A DNA stretch of 53,196 bases from a virus (Duplodnaviria > Caudoviricetes), in IMG/VR virus record IMGVR_UViG_3300020045_008062, positions 1 through 53,196 of that record. One strand, given 5' to 3'. The notes under the pieces are model-generated. The model was not told where the DNA came from and made no database searches. It saw nothing but the letters and a program-made list of their open reading frames with translations. The translations under genes and the position numbers were made by a program. Positions 6,662 through 16,703 of the stretch are shown one piece after another (within the stretch, counting starts at the first letter, position 1; every line of letters starts with the position of its first letter).

Positions 6662-8029
6662 TTAAAATTTTGGTTTAATAATATCTTTGTTAAATTCTTT
6701 TTTGATGTGTGTGAATGACTTATTTACATTTTCGGTTAGTCGCCTATGTAATTCAATTGCTTTTTTTGTTTTTTGCTCCAAAGCTTCTATAACTCTGGTT
6801 TGTCCATCCGAAATAACCATATCAATAACAACATCATTTTTCTGTCCAAATCGCCAAAAACGTCTTATTGCTTGATAATATTGCTCATAACTCCAAGTAG
6901 GGAAAAATACAGAATGATTGCAATGCTGCCAATTCAAACCCATTGAAGTCATTTTTGCTTTAGTTATTAATCTTTCAATTTCTCCATTGGCAAAAGCTAA
7001 AAGAATTTCTTCTTTTTTATCAATGGATTGGGATCCAATTATTTCAACCGCTTTTGAATCTGAATGTTTTAAAATAGTGCTTTCGTTATTAGTATTACAC
7101 CAATAAACAGAAGTTTTCCCATCTGCTAAATTTACTGCTTTTTCACAACGTTTTTCTTCTGTCTGTTTTTGCTCGTGCCTTACTTCTGTCATTGATTTGG
7201 CAATTGGCGTAAACATTTGAATTTGGCCGCTAATATCAATAAGACTTTGATTTTCTACAATATGCCTGTTTGTAATTAATTTTGGTAAAACATATCTATC
7301 ATTTGAAAATCCTAAATCAGAAGGCATTTTTGCCATAATTGACCACTGATTAACCCACGCAAAGAAATCATTTTCAGCATGTGGCTTTAAATAGAATTTT
7401 TCGCCAATATTTCTATTTGTTGAATCTACTGAATTTTGATTGTTTTTGAAAAACTTTCCTAACATGTCCATGTAACCCATGTAACCTAAAAACTCTGATG
7501 TAGTTCCTAATTCAATAAAATCATTTGGCGAAGGAGTTGCAGTTGATCCAAAACGATATTTTATTTTCTTTACGAAAGCCGTAATTTGACTTTTAATTTT
7601 TCCATCAAAATTTTTAAGAATAGAACTTTCATCTAAAATAACACATTCAAAATCTTTCGGATCCAAATAATGTAATCTTTCATAATTACAAATTACAATT
7701 TTTTTTGTGAATTTACCATCTTTGGTAATTTCGATATCATCTGTAATATTTCGCTCTAAAGCTTCTTTTATGAATTGAAAGCCAACGGCCAAAGGAGTTA
7801 ATATTAAAACTCTTTTGTTTGTGTGTTGTATTACATTCCTGGCTATTGACAATTGAATTAATGTTTTTCCAAGTCCCGTATCTAAAAAGTTGGCAATCCT
7901 TCCTTTTTCAATTGATTTTTCAATAACATAAGATTGAAAATCAAAAGCGCAATCAGGGATAAAATTTGCCTTGAATCCAAAATTACCTATTGAATGGCGT
8001 TTTGATTCTAAAAATTGGTTATAATCCAT
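6662..8029 (-). CDS. SF2/SNF2-related helicase
   Basis: DTGLGKT, LDESS, TATP, GLNWQ, QAIRRFWRFGQ motifs. Confidence 0.88.
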   Translation of the reverse strand: MDYNQFLESKRHSIGNFGFKANFIPDCAFDFQSYVIEKSIEKGRIANFLDTGLGKTLIQLSIARNVIQHTNKRVLILTPLAVGFQFIKEALERNITDDIEITKDGKFTKKIVICNYERLHYLDPKDFECVILDESSILKNFDGKIKSQITAFVKKIKYRFGSTATPSPNDFIELGTTSEFLGYMGYMDMLGKFFKNNQNSVDSTNRNIGEKFYLKPHAENDFFAWVNQWSIMAKMPSDLGFSNDRYVLPKLITNRHIVENQSLIDISGQIQMFTPIAKSMTEVRHEQKQTEEKRCEKAVNLADGKTSVYWCNTNNESTILKHSDSKAVEIIGSQSIDKKEEILLAFANGEIERLITKAKMTSMGLNWQHCNHSVFFPTWSYEQYYQAIRRFWRFGQKNDVVIDMVISDGQTRVIEALEQKTKKAIELHRRLTENVNKSFTHIKKEFNKDIIKPKF

Positions 8030-8037
8030 ATTTGTTT

Positions 8038-8235
8038 TTATTTTATTAAATATTCAATGTATTCGGCTAATTGATTTGCTTTGTGGATAAAATCAAATTT
8101 ATTTTTTGTGTGTTCTTCCTGTTCTTTTCTAATATGCTGCCGTATTTCGCATTTCTTTTTAGCTTGTGCTATTTTCAAAGATTTGATAATTAGTATAACA
8201 TCATCTTCTGGTAATGTTAGGTTTATTGTTTTCAT
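8038..8235 (-). CDS. Hypothetical protein
   Basis: 65-aa ORF downstream of promoter at 8261. Confidence 0.6.
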   Translation of the reverse strand: MKTINLTLPEDDVILIIKSLKIAQAKKKCEIRQHIRKEQEEHTKNKFDFIHKANQLAEYIEYLIK

Positions 8236-8258
8236 TATTTTAAGTTTTAAAATTATAT

Positions 8259-8321
8259 GTAAATGTACTTTTTATACGTTTACGAATTACATTTAAACAT
8301 AATTTATAATTAATTTAAATA
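8259..8321 (-). promoter_or_regulatory. Phage promoter-family copy with palindromic box
   Basis: AAATGTA-N6-ATACGTTTA at 8261-8282; AATTTATAATTAATTTAAATA at 8301-8321. Confidence 0.6.
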
Positions 8322-8479
8322 AACTATTTCAGCATAAATTTTATAGGTTTTTGTAAGTGTGGCAAATCCTTTGACGCTTCTACAACTTTTTTTGCTTCGG
8401 TGTTATCATTGGTTCTTAAAAATGCTGTATTGCTTTTAAGTTTTTCTGTTGGAGTAACTAAATGTTTGTTTTTCATGGT

Positions 8480-8995
8480 TTATTTTATTAGGTTGTTTTC
8501 AAATTCCCAAAAAGAAAGTTTACCTTTTACGTTTAGGATTGGTTTTTCATAGATAACAGGATTTGCTAAAACCCAATTCCAAATTGGTTTATTTTCATTA
8601 TACATTTTCAATGCTTCATCATAACCTCTTAAATTTTTATCCTTAAGCAATGGTTTTTTATAAACAATTGGTGTTTTATCAGCCCAAATACTTTCATGAT
8701 TGATAACACAATCAACTATATCTACTTGACCAATTATTGCTCCAACATGTAAAGGTTCTCTAAATTTAGGAGTAAAATACTTTCTATATTCAAAAACTCC
8801 TTTTGCATTATCTAAAATGCATGAAACTTGCTCTTTTGTATATATAGAGTTTGTTTTTAATCTATCGTGCCATTTCATTGAAGCGTGAATATAAATACTG
8901 CCTCGGAAATGAGTTTTAAAAGATCTGTTTTCGATATCTTTTATTCCCTCACAAATTAACTGAGAATAAGGCTGTTTTATTGATAATGCTTTCAT
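8480..8995 (-). CDS. ASCH domain protein
   Basis: MKALSIKQPYSQLICEGIKDIENRS...RGSIYIHAS...GAIIG...KGKLSFW. Confidence 0.88.
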   Translation of the reverse strand: MKALSIKQPYSQLICEGIKDIENRSFKTHFRGSIYIHASMKWHDRLKTNSIYTKEQVSCILDNAKGVFEYRKYFTPKFREPLHVGAIIGQVDIVDCVINHESIWADKTPIVYKKPLLKDKNLRGYDEALKMYNENKPIWNWVLANPVIYEKPILNVKGKLSFWEFENNLIK

Positions 8996-8997
8996 AA

Positions 8998-9639
8998 TTA
9001 TTTTAGTTTATTAATTAATTCTCTTTCGTAGCTATAATACATTTTGGTAAAAAGTTTTTTCACATCGAGTTTATCTTTATGCAGAAACTTTCCATCTTTA
9101 ATTTTGGTGCAGTTTCCAAATTCATCAACATAAATCAATCCTGCATAATTCGGAACCTCTTCTTTTGAAATTAATCCTGCTGGAACAACATAAAAAAACT
9201 TGTTTGGAATTAGTTTGTTATCGATTGAACAAATATCTATTCCGCATGAAACTTTTGCTCTATATTGAACCCCTCTTACTTCTTGAAATTCTCTATTTAC
9301 ATATTCATATATTGAATGTTCAGTTGATTCAATTAATTCCGGAAATTGTCTGCAAAATTCCCAACTTAAATTGCTTTGAAAATTATCATAAGTTTTTTTA
9401 AGAAATAATTTACCTCCTTTTTCATTCACTTTATGAATAGTATGTTTCTCTTTTTTGAAATCAGCTTTGAAATCTGAACGGCTTATTTTTATTTCACATT
9501 CATAACAAAAACCAGATTGTAAAAAACTTAAGAAGTCGCTTTCATTACCGAAATAATAAACATTGGTAAATTTATATTCGTGTGAACTAAAAGCTCTTAA
9601 AAGTGCTTTTTGGATTAGTTTTTCAGTTAGTATACCCAT
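8998..9639 (-). CDS. PD-(D/E)xK-like nuclease-fold protein (MmcB-like)
   Basis: ESD...ECEIKISRSDFKADFKK...PNKFFYVVP...YAGL. Confidence 0.65.
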   Translation of the reverse strand: MGILTEKLIQKALLRAFSSHEYKFTNVYYFGNESDFLSFLQSGFCYECEIKISRSDFKADFKKEKHTIHKVNEKGGKLFLKKTYDNFQSNLSWEFCRQFPELIESTEHSIYEYVNREFQEVRGVQYRAKVSCGIDICSIDNKLIPNKFFYVVPAGLISKEEVPNYAGLIYVDEFGNCTKIKDGKFLHKDKLDVKKLFTKMYYSYERELINKLK

Positions 9640-9646
9640 ATTTATT

Positions 9647-9862
9647 TTATAAATTAATTCTACTGTGTTTTTCTACATCATAGGTTATTACTTCCTGCCT
9701 TGAATCGGCAACCGACATTCGTCTTAGTATCTCTATTTTTTCAGATAACCTTACTAATTCGTAAGATATTTTTAAAAATGAGTCTCTTGGAGCAAATGGT
9801 GAAAAGTCAATATAACTTTTTTGCTGCTGTTCTGTTTTTCCGAGTAGGGTTGCGTAATTCAT
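9647..9862 (-). CDS. Hypothetical protein
   Basis: Tightly packed in operon. Confidence 0.55.
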   Translation of the reverse strand: MNYATLLGKTEQQQKSYIDFSPFAPRDSFLKISYELVRLSEKIEILRRMSVADSRQEVITYDVEKHSRINL

Positions 9863-10065
9863 GGCTCAAATAATTTATTATAAATTACTTCAAATTTTTT
9901 CTTCATATTTTTATTGCTATTGAAGTGTTTTGAAAGCTTGCATTTATTAATAAAGGCTTTATCTTCTTCGCTTAGTTTAATAAATTCGCTTGGTTTCGAT
10001 ATCTCATGCAATTTATCTCTAACAGATTTATTTGCAAAGTGGAGTTTGTTTTTTGGATCGAACAT
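9859..10065 (-). CDS. Hypothetical protein
   Basis: Tightly packed, ATGA overlap. Confidence 0.55.
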   Translation of the reverse strand: MFDPKNKLHFANKSVRDKLHEISKPSEFIKLSEEDKAFINKCKLSKHFNSNKNMKKKFEVIYNKLFEP

Positions 10066-10067
10066 TG

Positions 10068-10898
10068 TTAACTTTTTAAAATGGTTAATAATTCTTCAAT
10101 TGAAATTTTTGAATTAAGAATATATTTTGAAACCAAAATACTTCTGCATCTGTTTTTAACGTACGTTGGTCGTTTTCCGTTTTCATGTGATTTTTCCAAT
10201 TCCTTTAAAACAAATTTCTTATTCAAAGGATTTTGTTTTGTTATTCGCTGTTTTTCATCATCAATATAGATTCTCAATTCCTTTTCATAAAGTTCTTGCT
10301 TCTCTTCATTGGTTTTTATAATGGTTCCCGATTCCTCTAGTTTTTTAAATAAATACCAAGCAGTATCAGAAAATTTATTTTTCAAAACTTCATCGTAAAC
10401 CATTTTAACAAAATCACTAAATATTTTTTCTTTTTCAGATTCTGTTTTTTCAATTGGTGCATTAAGCAATGTTTGGCGTTTAATCAAAAAAGGTTCAACT
10501 GATTGGTTTCTATGATCGATGTAAGCAGTTAATATTTCACCAACAGCAACGCAATCAATCAAACGGAAAACTTTTACATCAATAAATTTTTTTGCAACGT
10601 ATAATTTAAAAGCTTCTTTAACTTCTGGAATTGTTAGTTGTGGAAATTGACCGTTTATTAATTCAGCAATTAAAATCATTTGCCTATCCAATGAATCAAT
10701 ATCATCATCGGTTACAACTTTTATATTTAGAATCTCAATCATGAAATTTAAACATTCTGATTTTTCTTCAAATGATGTTTTAACCCATCGGTTGTGATCT
10801 TCCTTCAATTTTAGCAGCTGCGGCTTTTGCTGCTCTAAGAGGGTCAAAGTTTGCTGCTTTTTTTGCAGTGCCGGCAAATTGTTGTTCTGATTTTCCAT
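10068..10898 (-). CDS. Hypothetical replication-associated protein
   Basis: 276-aa ORF directly downstream of the initiator-like gene. Confidence 0.5.
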   Translation of the reverse strand: MENQNNNLPALQKKQQTLTLLEQQKPQLLKLKEDHNRWVKTSFEEKSECLNFMIEILNIKVVTDDDIDSLDRQMILIAELINGQFPQLTIPEVKEAFKLYVAKKFIDVKVFRLIDCVAVGEILTAYIDHRNQSVEPFLIKRQTLLNAPIEKTESEKEKIFSDFVKMVYDEVLKNKFSDTAWYLFKKLEESGTIIKTNEEKQELYEKELRIYIDDEKQRITKQNPLNKKFVLKELEKSHENGKRPTYVKNRCRSILVSKYILNSKISIEELLTILKS

Positions 10899-11664
10899 TT
10901 GAAGTATTTTTTTGAATTAATAATTTTTGAATCTGCTTTCTAAGCGATTCTGTTGAAAGAATATTTTTTTTCCAAAACTCACCATCTATTGAGTTTAAAA
11001 ATGCATGAGCATCTTTTATTTGCTCCTGTGTGACATTATCAGAGTCAAACATCAAACGAATTGGATCTACATAACTTTTATACTTTGCTTTTTCCTGTGT
11101 TGAAGTTGGCGAATTTTTTTCTTTTAAATTTTTTATGAAAAGTTTTTGAAACCAAACCGCTGTTTTGAAATTTATTCTTTCTTTTTCTGAAATTGAAATT
11201 ATGTGTTCTCCAAACTTTAAAAAATTATTATCGTCTGAAATTTTAATTTCGGACAATAGAAAACTATTTAATATCTTAAGTTTATCTTTATCTGTTACTG
11301 TAACCTTTACTGTATCTGTTACTGTAACTGTTGATTCTGTTGAATTTTCGCCAACATTTTCAACACGTGTTGATTCTGTTGAATCAGTTTCGTTTTCTTT
11401 TTTAAACTTCTTAGCCTCAGCACTAGCAAGACCTGCCCGCCTTTTACCCTCTATTGATTCCTCCCATTTTTTTAAATCTCGTTTCAATTGGTTCTCAATA
11501 TCAACAAACATTAATTTAGTGAGTCTATCGGGAGGATCAGGGTTTTTATCGTTTACATATCGGAAAAAATGCTTTATAAGTCTACCTGCTTCATCATCTT
11601 CAAGATTTTCAAACTTATCCATCCAATCAGCATAAACTACAATTCTTTTCTTATTTTCAGCCAT
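10780..11664 (-). CDS. Putative replication initiator (DUF6291-like N-terminus)
   Basis: VYADW...LEDDEAGRLIKHFFRY...RRAGLAS, Thr/Val-rich linker, C-terminal FWKKNILS..LRKQ. Confidence 0.65.
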   Translation of the reverse strand: MAENKKRIVVYADWMDKFENLEDDEAGRLIKHFFRYVNDKNPDPPDRLTKLMFVDIENQLKRDLKKWEESIEGKRRAGLASAEAKKFKKENETDSTESTRVENVGENSTESTVTVTDTVKVTVTDKDKLKILNSFLLSEIKISDDNNFLKFGEHIISISEKERINFKTAVWFQKLFIKNLKEKNSPTSTQEKAKYKSYVDPIRLMFDSDNVTQEQIKDAHAFLNSIDGEFWKKNILSTESLRKQIQKLLIQKNTSNGKSEQQFAGTAKKAANFDPLRAAKAAAAKIEGRSQPMG

Positions 11665-11667
11665 AAG

Positions 11668-12144
11668 TTAATTTTTAAGTGAATTTACTTTTTCCCACAT
11701 GTGTTTTTTTGCTTCTGAATCACACCATTCATTTACATAACTTCTTTTATCATCTATTCCAGAATGAGCTTTAACGTGTCTAAATTCAATAGTTACATTG
11801 TTTTTAGACTGCTGTAAAACTTTTTGATAAACTTTGTAAATATTTAATCTTTGTTTTGAATTTAATCGGGAATACCTTGTATTGTGTTTTTCGTTTTTTT
11901 CAAGAACAGCAATAGCATTTAAAGAATCTGAATTTATAATTATTTTATGTATTCCTGAGTGAACCAATACAGTTTTTAATGCATTAATTATACATTTTGC
12001 TTCTGCATCATCTGTAGTAAAACATTTTTCTTTAAATGGTCCGGATTTGGTTATTTTAAAATCATCAGATACCGCCCAAAAAGCGTATGCACCGTATCTT
12101 AATTTTTTGTGTAGACTAGCGTCCGTGTTGATAGTTACTAACAT
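11668..12144 (-). CDS. Ribonuclease H (RNase HI family)
   Basis: NTDAS, AEAK, NSDS, HVKAH, NEWCD catalytic pattern. Confidence 0.85.
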   Translation of the reverse strand: MLVTINTDASLHKKLRYGAYAFWAVSDDFKITKSGPFKEKCFTTDDAEAKCIINALKTVLVHSGIHKIIINSDSLNAIAVLEKNEKHNTRYSRLNSKQRLNIYKVYQKVLQQSKNNVTIEFRHVKAHSGIDDKRSYVNEWCDSEAKKHMWEKVNSLKN

Positions 12145-12157
12145 AAGTTAATTGTAT

Positions 12158-12276
12158 AAAAAAATCCCATCAAATTTGGCGGTATTGTGGAAAGCGCCTC
12201 CTTCGATAGGATTTATAAAATACATGAGTCGTAAATAATTGCAATTGCTTTCCACGTCAACAGCATTACGAATTAC
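12158..12276 (-). promoter_or_regulatory. Leader attenuator-like element A
   Basis: Terminator-like hairpin 12162-12214 with U-tract; loop GTGGAAAGC (12187) complementary to GCTTTCCAC (12247). Confidence 0.55.
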
Positions 12277-12335
12277 AAAAATACACATTTATTTCAATTA
12301 TAAAACACTATTATGTAATTTATAATCAATTTAAA

Positions 12336-14072
12336 TTATTTCAATGATGCAACAAATTTATTTATAAATTCAGTTTTCATAACATCAGTACTTCCAGTTA
12401 TCGCATTTGAAAGCTCTGCTTTGCTCTGAATCAATTCAAAATTTTGTTCGTCAATTGTGTTCTTCCCAAGAAAATAAGTCGCTGTAATCGGTTCTTTTTT
12501 CTTGAAATCAAAAACTCTATCTTCACATTGGAAGCTGTCCGCAGCTGTCCAAGGGTATTCAACAAAAGCAACTTCTTTAGCAGCTGAAAAATTATGTCCA
12601 ACACCTCCCGCCTCAGTATTACAAATTAATAACGGGTAATCACTTGGTATATAATCGTGATCTTTATCCTGATGATGTTCTAATTTAATTTTACATTTTT
12701 TACACTGCTGAAACTTGGTTTTGGCATCTTCTTTTTGGTGTTCGTCTTGCCTGCCTGTAATCATTAAAGCATTTGGAAAGTTTTTTTTAAGTTCGTCAAC
12801 AATAACATGCATTACGCAAAATATTACTATTTTTTGTCCATTATCGATTAAATCCTGGATATAGTAAACAACCTCATTAATTTTTCCCAATGCTGAAATT
12901 CGTTTCAATTCCTGCATCTTTACAAGTGCCTGTCCTTTTAATTTGTCTGATATTTGTTCCTCAGTGCTTCCATTTTCTTTAAGGAAATTTAAAAAGTCAT
13001 TTTTAGCAGAATTATAATTATCACGTGTTGTAATGTCGCATAAAATAGTTTGCCTTTGTTTTGGAGGCAAATCTTTTACTACTTCTTTTCTTTCACGTCT
13101 GAAATAGCAAATTTCATTTAATTTTGAATTCAATTCTTTTAAGTTTGCCGCTCCTGATCCTCCCTCACAATATCTTCCTTTAAATACTTTTGGGCCGCCA
13201 AATTCTTTTAATCTTCCCATAATTGCCAATTGAGAATATAAATCTAATGGCTTGTTTTTTACAGGAGTTCCGGATAACAAGATTATCCATATTTTACGCA
13301 AACATATTTGTAATGTTATTTTTGTTTGCTGCGTTTCAGAATCTTTTAATTTATGACTTTCATCTACTATTACAGAATTAAAAAGATGAATATTAGACTT
13401 CATTCTAATATCGTTAGAATCTTTCATCTTATGTTTTGGAGGGTAATATTCAACAAAATTCTTTTTTAAAGATTGAAAGTTGCAAATAACAACATCATAC
13501 ATATCCATTGTAATAAAATGATGCCAACGGTCTTTTGTAGTATCATCCAAAACCAAAACCCGCTTATTGCTCCAAATTTTCCATTCATCCTGCCAGTTTA
13601 ATTTTAATGGTGCTGGACAAATTACCAAACATGGAAAAGTAGGTTCTTTTTTTATTTCCTGAGCAATACAAAGTGTAATAATTGTTTGAATACTTTTACC
13701 TAATCTTTGTTCGTCACCGTTTATGTATCGTTTTAATTCAAGTCCTCTGGCAATTCCTTTACGCTGATAATCACGTAAACTTCCCTGTTTTAAAGGATAT
13801 TCGTAAATCAATTCCGGAAGCGGTGCAATAGGTTTAATTTTATCATCTGACTGCTTTGAAATGTCAATCCATTCAATAGGATTTGCGGGTTTTGCTTTGT
13901 TTTTTAATTCAATCAAATGATTACGATAACCGACACTTACAACGAAAGCATTTTTAACATAACACCATTTTACCCCTGGAATCTTTTTAATTTCAACAGC
14001 ATTGTTATTACGGAACCTGTCAAATGGTATTTTAACTTGCAACTCATGTGAATGTTCGATTACCTGCATCAT
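12336..14072 (-). CDS. SNF2-family helicase (HARP/SMARCAL1-like)
   Basis: DEQRLGKS, ICPAPLKLNW, VDESH, LSGTP, QCEDR motifs. Confidence 0.88.
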   Translation of the reverse strand: MMQVIEHSHELQVKIPFDRFRNNNAVEIKKIPGVKWCYVKNAFVVSVGYRNHLIELKNKAKPANPIEWIDISKQSDDKIKPIAPLPELIYEYPLKQGSLRDYQRKGIARGLELKRYINGDEQRLGKSIQTIITLCIAQEIKKEPTFPCLVICPAPLKLNWQDEWKIWSNKRVLVLDDTTKDRWHHFITMDMYDVVICNFQSLKKNFVEYYPPKHKMKDSNDIRMKSNIHLFNSVIVDESHKLKDSETQQTKITLQICLRKIWIILLSGTPVKNKPLDLYSQLAIMGRLKEFGGPKVFKGRYCEGGSGAANLKELNSKLNEICYFRRERKEVVKDLPPKQRQTILCDITTRDNYNSAKNDFLNFLKENGSTEEQISDKLKGQALVKMQELKRISALGKINEVVYYIQDLIDNGQKIVIFCVMHVIVDELKKNFPNALMITGRQDEHQKEDAKTKFQQCKKCKIKLEHHQDKDHDYIPSDYPLLICNTEAGGVGHNFSAAKEVAFVEYPWTAADSFQCEDRVFDFKKKEPITATYFLGKNTIDEQNFELIQSKAELSNAITGSTDVMKTEFINKFVASLK

Positions 14073-14098
14073 TTTGTTTAAATTTTAAAAGTTGTTAA

Positions 14099-14632
14099 TT
14101 AAATTCCTTCTTTTTCCTCACCGTTAACCTCAAACAAATCTAGCTGAGCTTTGGCCGCTTGTTTTCCGCTCATGTAATGTTGAACCTCTTCTTTCAATGT
14201 TTCAATTGCCATTTCAAGTGCTGAAGCAAATTTGTAATCCGAGTCAAATTTAATTAATGGTGTTGACCATCCAATTTCCTCAAAATTAGCCAACTGTCGG
14301 GATCCTGAAATTACAACTCCTTCACCTGATTTTGACATTGCAAAACTGCTTACATTGAATTTTAAAAAATCTTCTGAAACAACTGAATCACGGTCACCAA
14401 TGTAATCAGAAATATTGTCGATACATTTTGAAATTAATGATTCATCCAAAATCTGCTCTGAAATGAAACAGAAATGAGGGATTAAGGCACGAAAAGCGTT
14501 TCGTAGGTCATAATGTATTGGAGCATCACTATTTGTCTTAATAGTGTTTTTAATTTCACCATCTGTACGCTCAAAGGAATAATCTAGGAATAGACTAGAT
14601 TTAATACTTGCATTTTTTACTGCTAAACTCAT
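14099..14632 (-). CDS. Hypothetical phage protein
   Basis: 177-aa ORF. Confidence 0.6.
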   Translation of the reverse strand: MSLAVKNASIKSSLFLDYSFERTDGEIKNTIKTNSDAPIHYDLRNAFRALIPHFCFISEQILDESLISKCIDNISDYIGDRDSVVSEDFLKFNVSSFAMSKSGEGVVISGSRQLANFEEIGWSTPLIKFDSDYKFASALEMAIETLKEEVQHYMSGKQAAKAQLDLFEVNGEEKEGI

Positions 14633-14659
14633 ATATTAATTATTTATTGATTACTGATT

Positions 14660-14767
14660 AAAAATAGAAATTCCCTAAAGGCCTATTGTCGGATAGGTGA
14701 TCTTTAGGGAACTCTAATATGTCTTAAGTTGTGATGAATCCGACAATAAACCACTTAGACAAATATA
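14660..14767 (-). promoter_or_regulatory. Promoter plus leader attenuator-like element B
   Basis: TATATTTG (14760-14767); stem TTCCCTAAAG/CTTTAGGGAA; loop TATTGTCGGAT complementary to ATCCGACAATA (14738). Confidence 0.65.
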
Positions 14768-14773
14768 AAAAAA

Positions 14774-15145
14774 TTACTCGAATTGTAAACCTATTTGACT
14801 TTTATTTTTGGTTGCGTTTGCACTTTGTTTGGCTTTAAACTCTTTGGAAATCCAAGAACGAATTGGCCGACCGTGGCAAATAGGATTTTTTGAATAAACC
14901 CAATCTTTTTTAAAAATCATACCATCCTTAGAAAGTTTGTTAAATATTGCGCCAAAAATTCTACACTCATGGGGTGGGTCGTTTCCTTTGGCGTAATAAG
15001 CTTCTTTTAAATCTTCTGATGTGAACGCTTTAAATTGATTTTTAACCCATTCATAAGCAAATAAAAGGCAGTCATTGTAATAGTTTTGATTATTACGTTC
15101 AACTGAATCCAAGGCTTCACGCATTTTGTCGAATTGGTTTTTCAT
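14774..15145 (-). CDS. Hypothetical protein
   Basis: 123-aa ORF in operon. Confidence 0.6.
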   Translation of the reverse strand: MKNQFDKMREALDSVERNNQNYYNDCLLFAYEWVKNQFKAFTSEDLKEAYYAKGNDPPHECRIFGAIFNKLSKDGMIFKKDWVYSKNPICHGRPIRSWISKEFKAKQSANATKNKSQIGLQFE

Positions 15146-15147
15146 AA

Positions 15148-15444
15148 TTATTCAACTTTAAATGTTACTTCTTCACCATGTAGATACAAATTTCCTTTGT
15201 TGTCACATTTACCTCTACCTGATTTAGATTTATAAGAACTACAAAGTGATTTTTTACAATCACTTTTTTGTACGCAATCATAAATACCACACCAAATATA
15301 TTCTGATGTTCCGTTATCTGGAATTGCTTCTAAAACTGTTACTTCTGAAAGTTCGTCAATTTTACCGTCATGTAGTATGTCTTCAATTGTTTCGCAATTT
15401 GTAGAGTCTACACTTCTGAAATATAATTTAGTTTCTGTTTTCAT
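15148..15444 (-). CDS. Cys-rich hypothetical protein
   Basis: 98-aa ORF. Confidence 0.6.
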   Translation of the reverse strand: MKTETKLYFRSVDSTNCETIEDILHDGKIDELSEVTVLEAIPDNGTSEYIWCGIYDCVQKSDCKKSLCSSYKSKSGRGKCDNKGNLYLHGEEVTFKVE

Positions 15445-15884
15445 AAATATTGTTTATTATTTTCTAATTCAACTTCAATTTCCTGCATAATTGCCAAATC
15501 AGAAGGTTGTGGTAAATAAATACCAGCTTCTTTTGATGAATAATCCCTAAATCGATCAATTGCCAAAGTCATTTCATCTTTTGTCAGTTCCGCACAACTT
15601 CGTAATTCAATTCTTATTTCACCTGTTTTACGATTAATAAATTCAAATTCGAAAATGTCATGATTAACTAACTTTTTGAAAAACTCAATTTTAATATAAT
15701 CTCGTTTCTCTCCAAATTCTAAGGCGAACCAGCCTAAAATAAGATGTAAATATTTCAATTGCGGATATGTTTTTGATTTTCGCTTCTCAGTCAGTTCAAA
15801 AACCTTTTCATGCTTTATCAGAAACTTAAGTTTCTCAATTGCCCGTTGTTGATCTATGAGTTTTGATCCGTTGTAAATTGCCAT
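15441..15884 (-). CDS. NinB/Orf-like recombination accessory protein
   Basis: KT..QLKYLH...RSCAELTKDEMTLAID...GIYLPQP. Confidence 0.6.
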   Translation of the reverse strand: MAIYNGSKLIDQQRAIEKLKFLIKHEKVFELTEKRKSKTYPQLKYLHLILGWFALEFGEKRDYIKIEFFKKLVNHDIFEFEFINRKTGEIRIELRSCAELTKDEMTLAIDRFRDYSSKEAGIYLPQPSDLAIMQEIEVELENNKQYL

Positions 15885-16198
15885 AATATTTTTTTAGAAT
15901 TATAAATATGGTTTGCGTGTTTAATAGCGGCATTATAACAATTTATTCTTTCATCATATTCTGATTCAGAAATGTATTTTTTAGGAAATTCACTTCCTAA
16001 TTGTTTTTCTTTAATTATATAATAAAACTCATTACAAGAAGTATCTATCAAAATATATATTCCAGATAAATCAAAAAAATCTATTATTCTTGTTTGTTGA
16101 AAAGATTCAGGTAATTGTAAAAATTCATCCCAATTTGAATATAATTTTTTTTCAGGATGATTTTTTGCATCATCCAAACATTTTCCCGTAAGCTCCAT
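15854..16198 (-). CDS. Hypothetical protein
   Basis: 114-aa ORF. Confidence 0.55.
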   Translation of the reverse strand: MELTGKCLDDAKNHPEKKLYSNWDEFLQLPESFQQTRIIDFFDLSGIYILIDTSCNEFYYIIKEKQLGSEFPKKYISESEYDERINCYNAAIKHANHIYNSKKILWQFTTDQNS

Positions 16199-16199
16199 A

Positions 16200-16586
16200 T
16201 TAAGTAAATTTAAGTTCTTCTTTGTTTATTGCTGAATGTAGATTTTGAAGCTCATGAACATACTCCAAATGCGTTCCTGTAATTATATGAATGAATCTTA
16301 CACCTGTAAAATAAATGGCTGAATTATCTTCAAAATTACTCAATGAATAGGTTTTTTCAACACGTCTCAATTGCTTGTAATTTGCTTTTCTTAGCCAATT
16401 TACCGATAGTGATATTGGTAAAAATTGATTAAACTCCCTTTCATGTAATAATTCTTTTTTATCGTTAAAAAAATAAGTTTTAATATAATATTTTTCAATA
16501 CCCACTATAATTTGAGGAAGTAAAGGATAATCACGGTGAATTATTAGATTACCAGGCTTTAAATTAATACTATTTAATTCAGACAT
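16200..16586 (-). CDS. Hypothetical phage protein
   Basis: PISLS..WL...YVHELQNL pattern familiar from Bacteroidota phage ORFs. Confidence 0.6.
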   Translation of the reverse strand: MSELNSINLKPGNLIIHRDYPLLPQIIVGIEKYYIKTYFFNDKKELLHEREFNQFLPISLSVNWLRKANYKQLRRVEKTYSLSNFEDNSAIYFTGVRFIHIITGTHLEYVHELQNLHSAINKEELKFT

Positions 16587-16703
16587 ATCCCGATTTCTTT
16601 AATGAGTTTATCAATCATTTCTTTGTTTGACTTGCAAAAAGTATAATCGTTTTTTGTGGTCAAACTCAGCATTAAAGTATAATTATGCTGTTTTACTATT
16701 TGG

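Noticed and set aside
5648-8029. Helicase plus MTase as a restriction-modification or defence system
   Set aside because: No nuclease domain is evident, and this pair is common in phage early regions.
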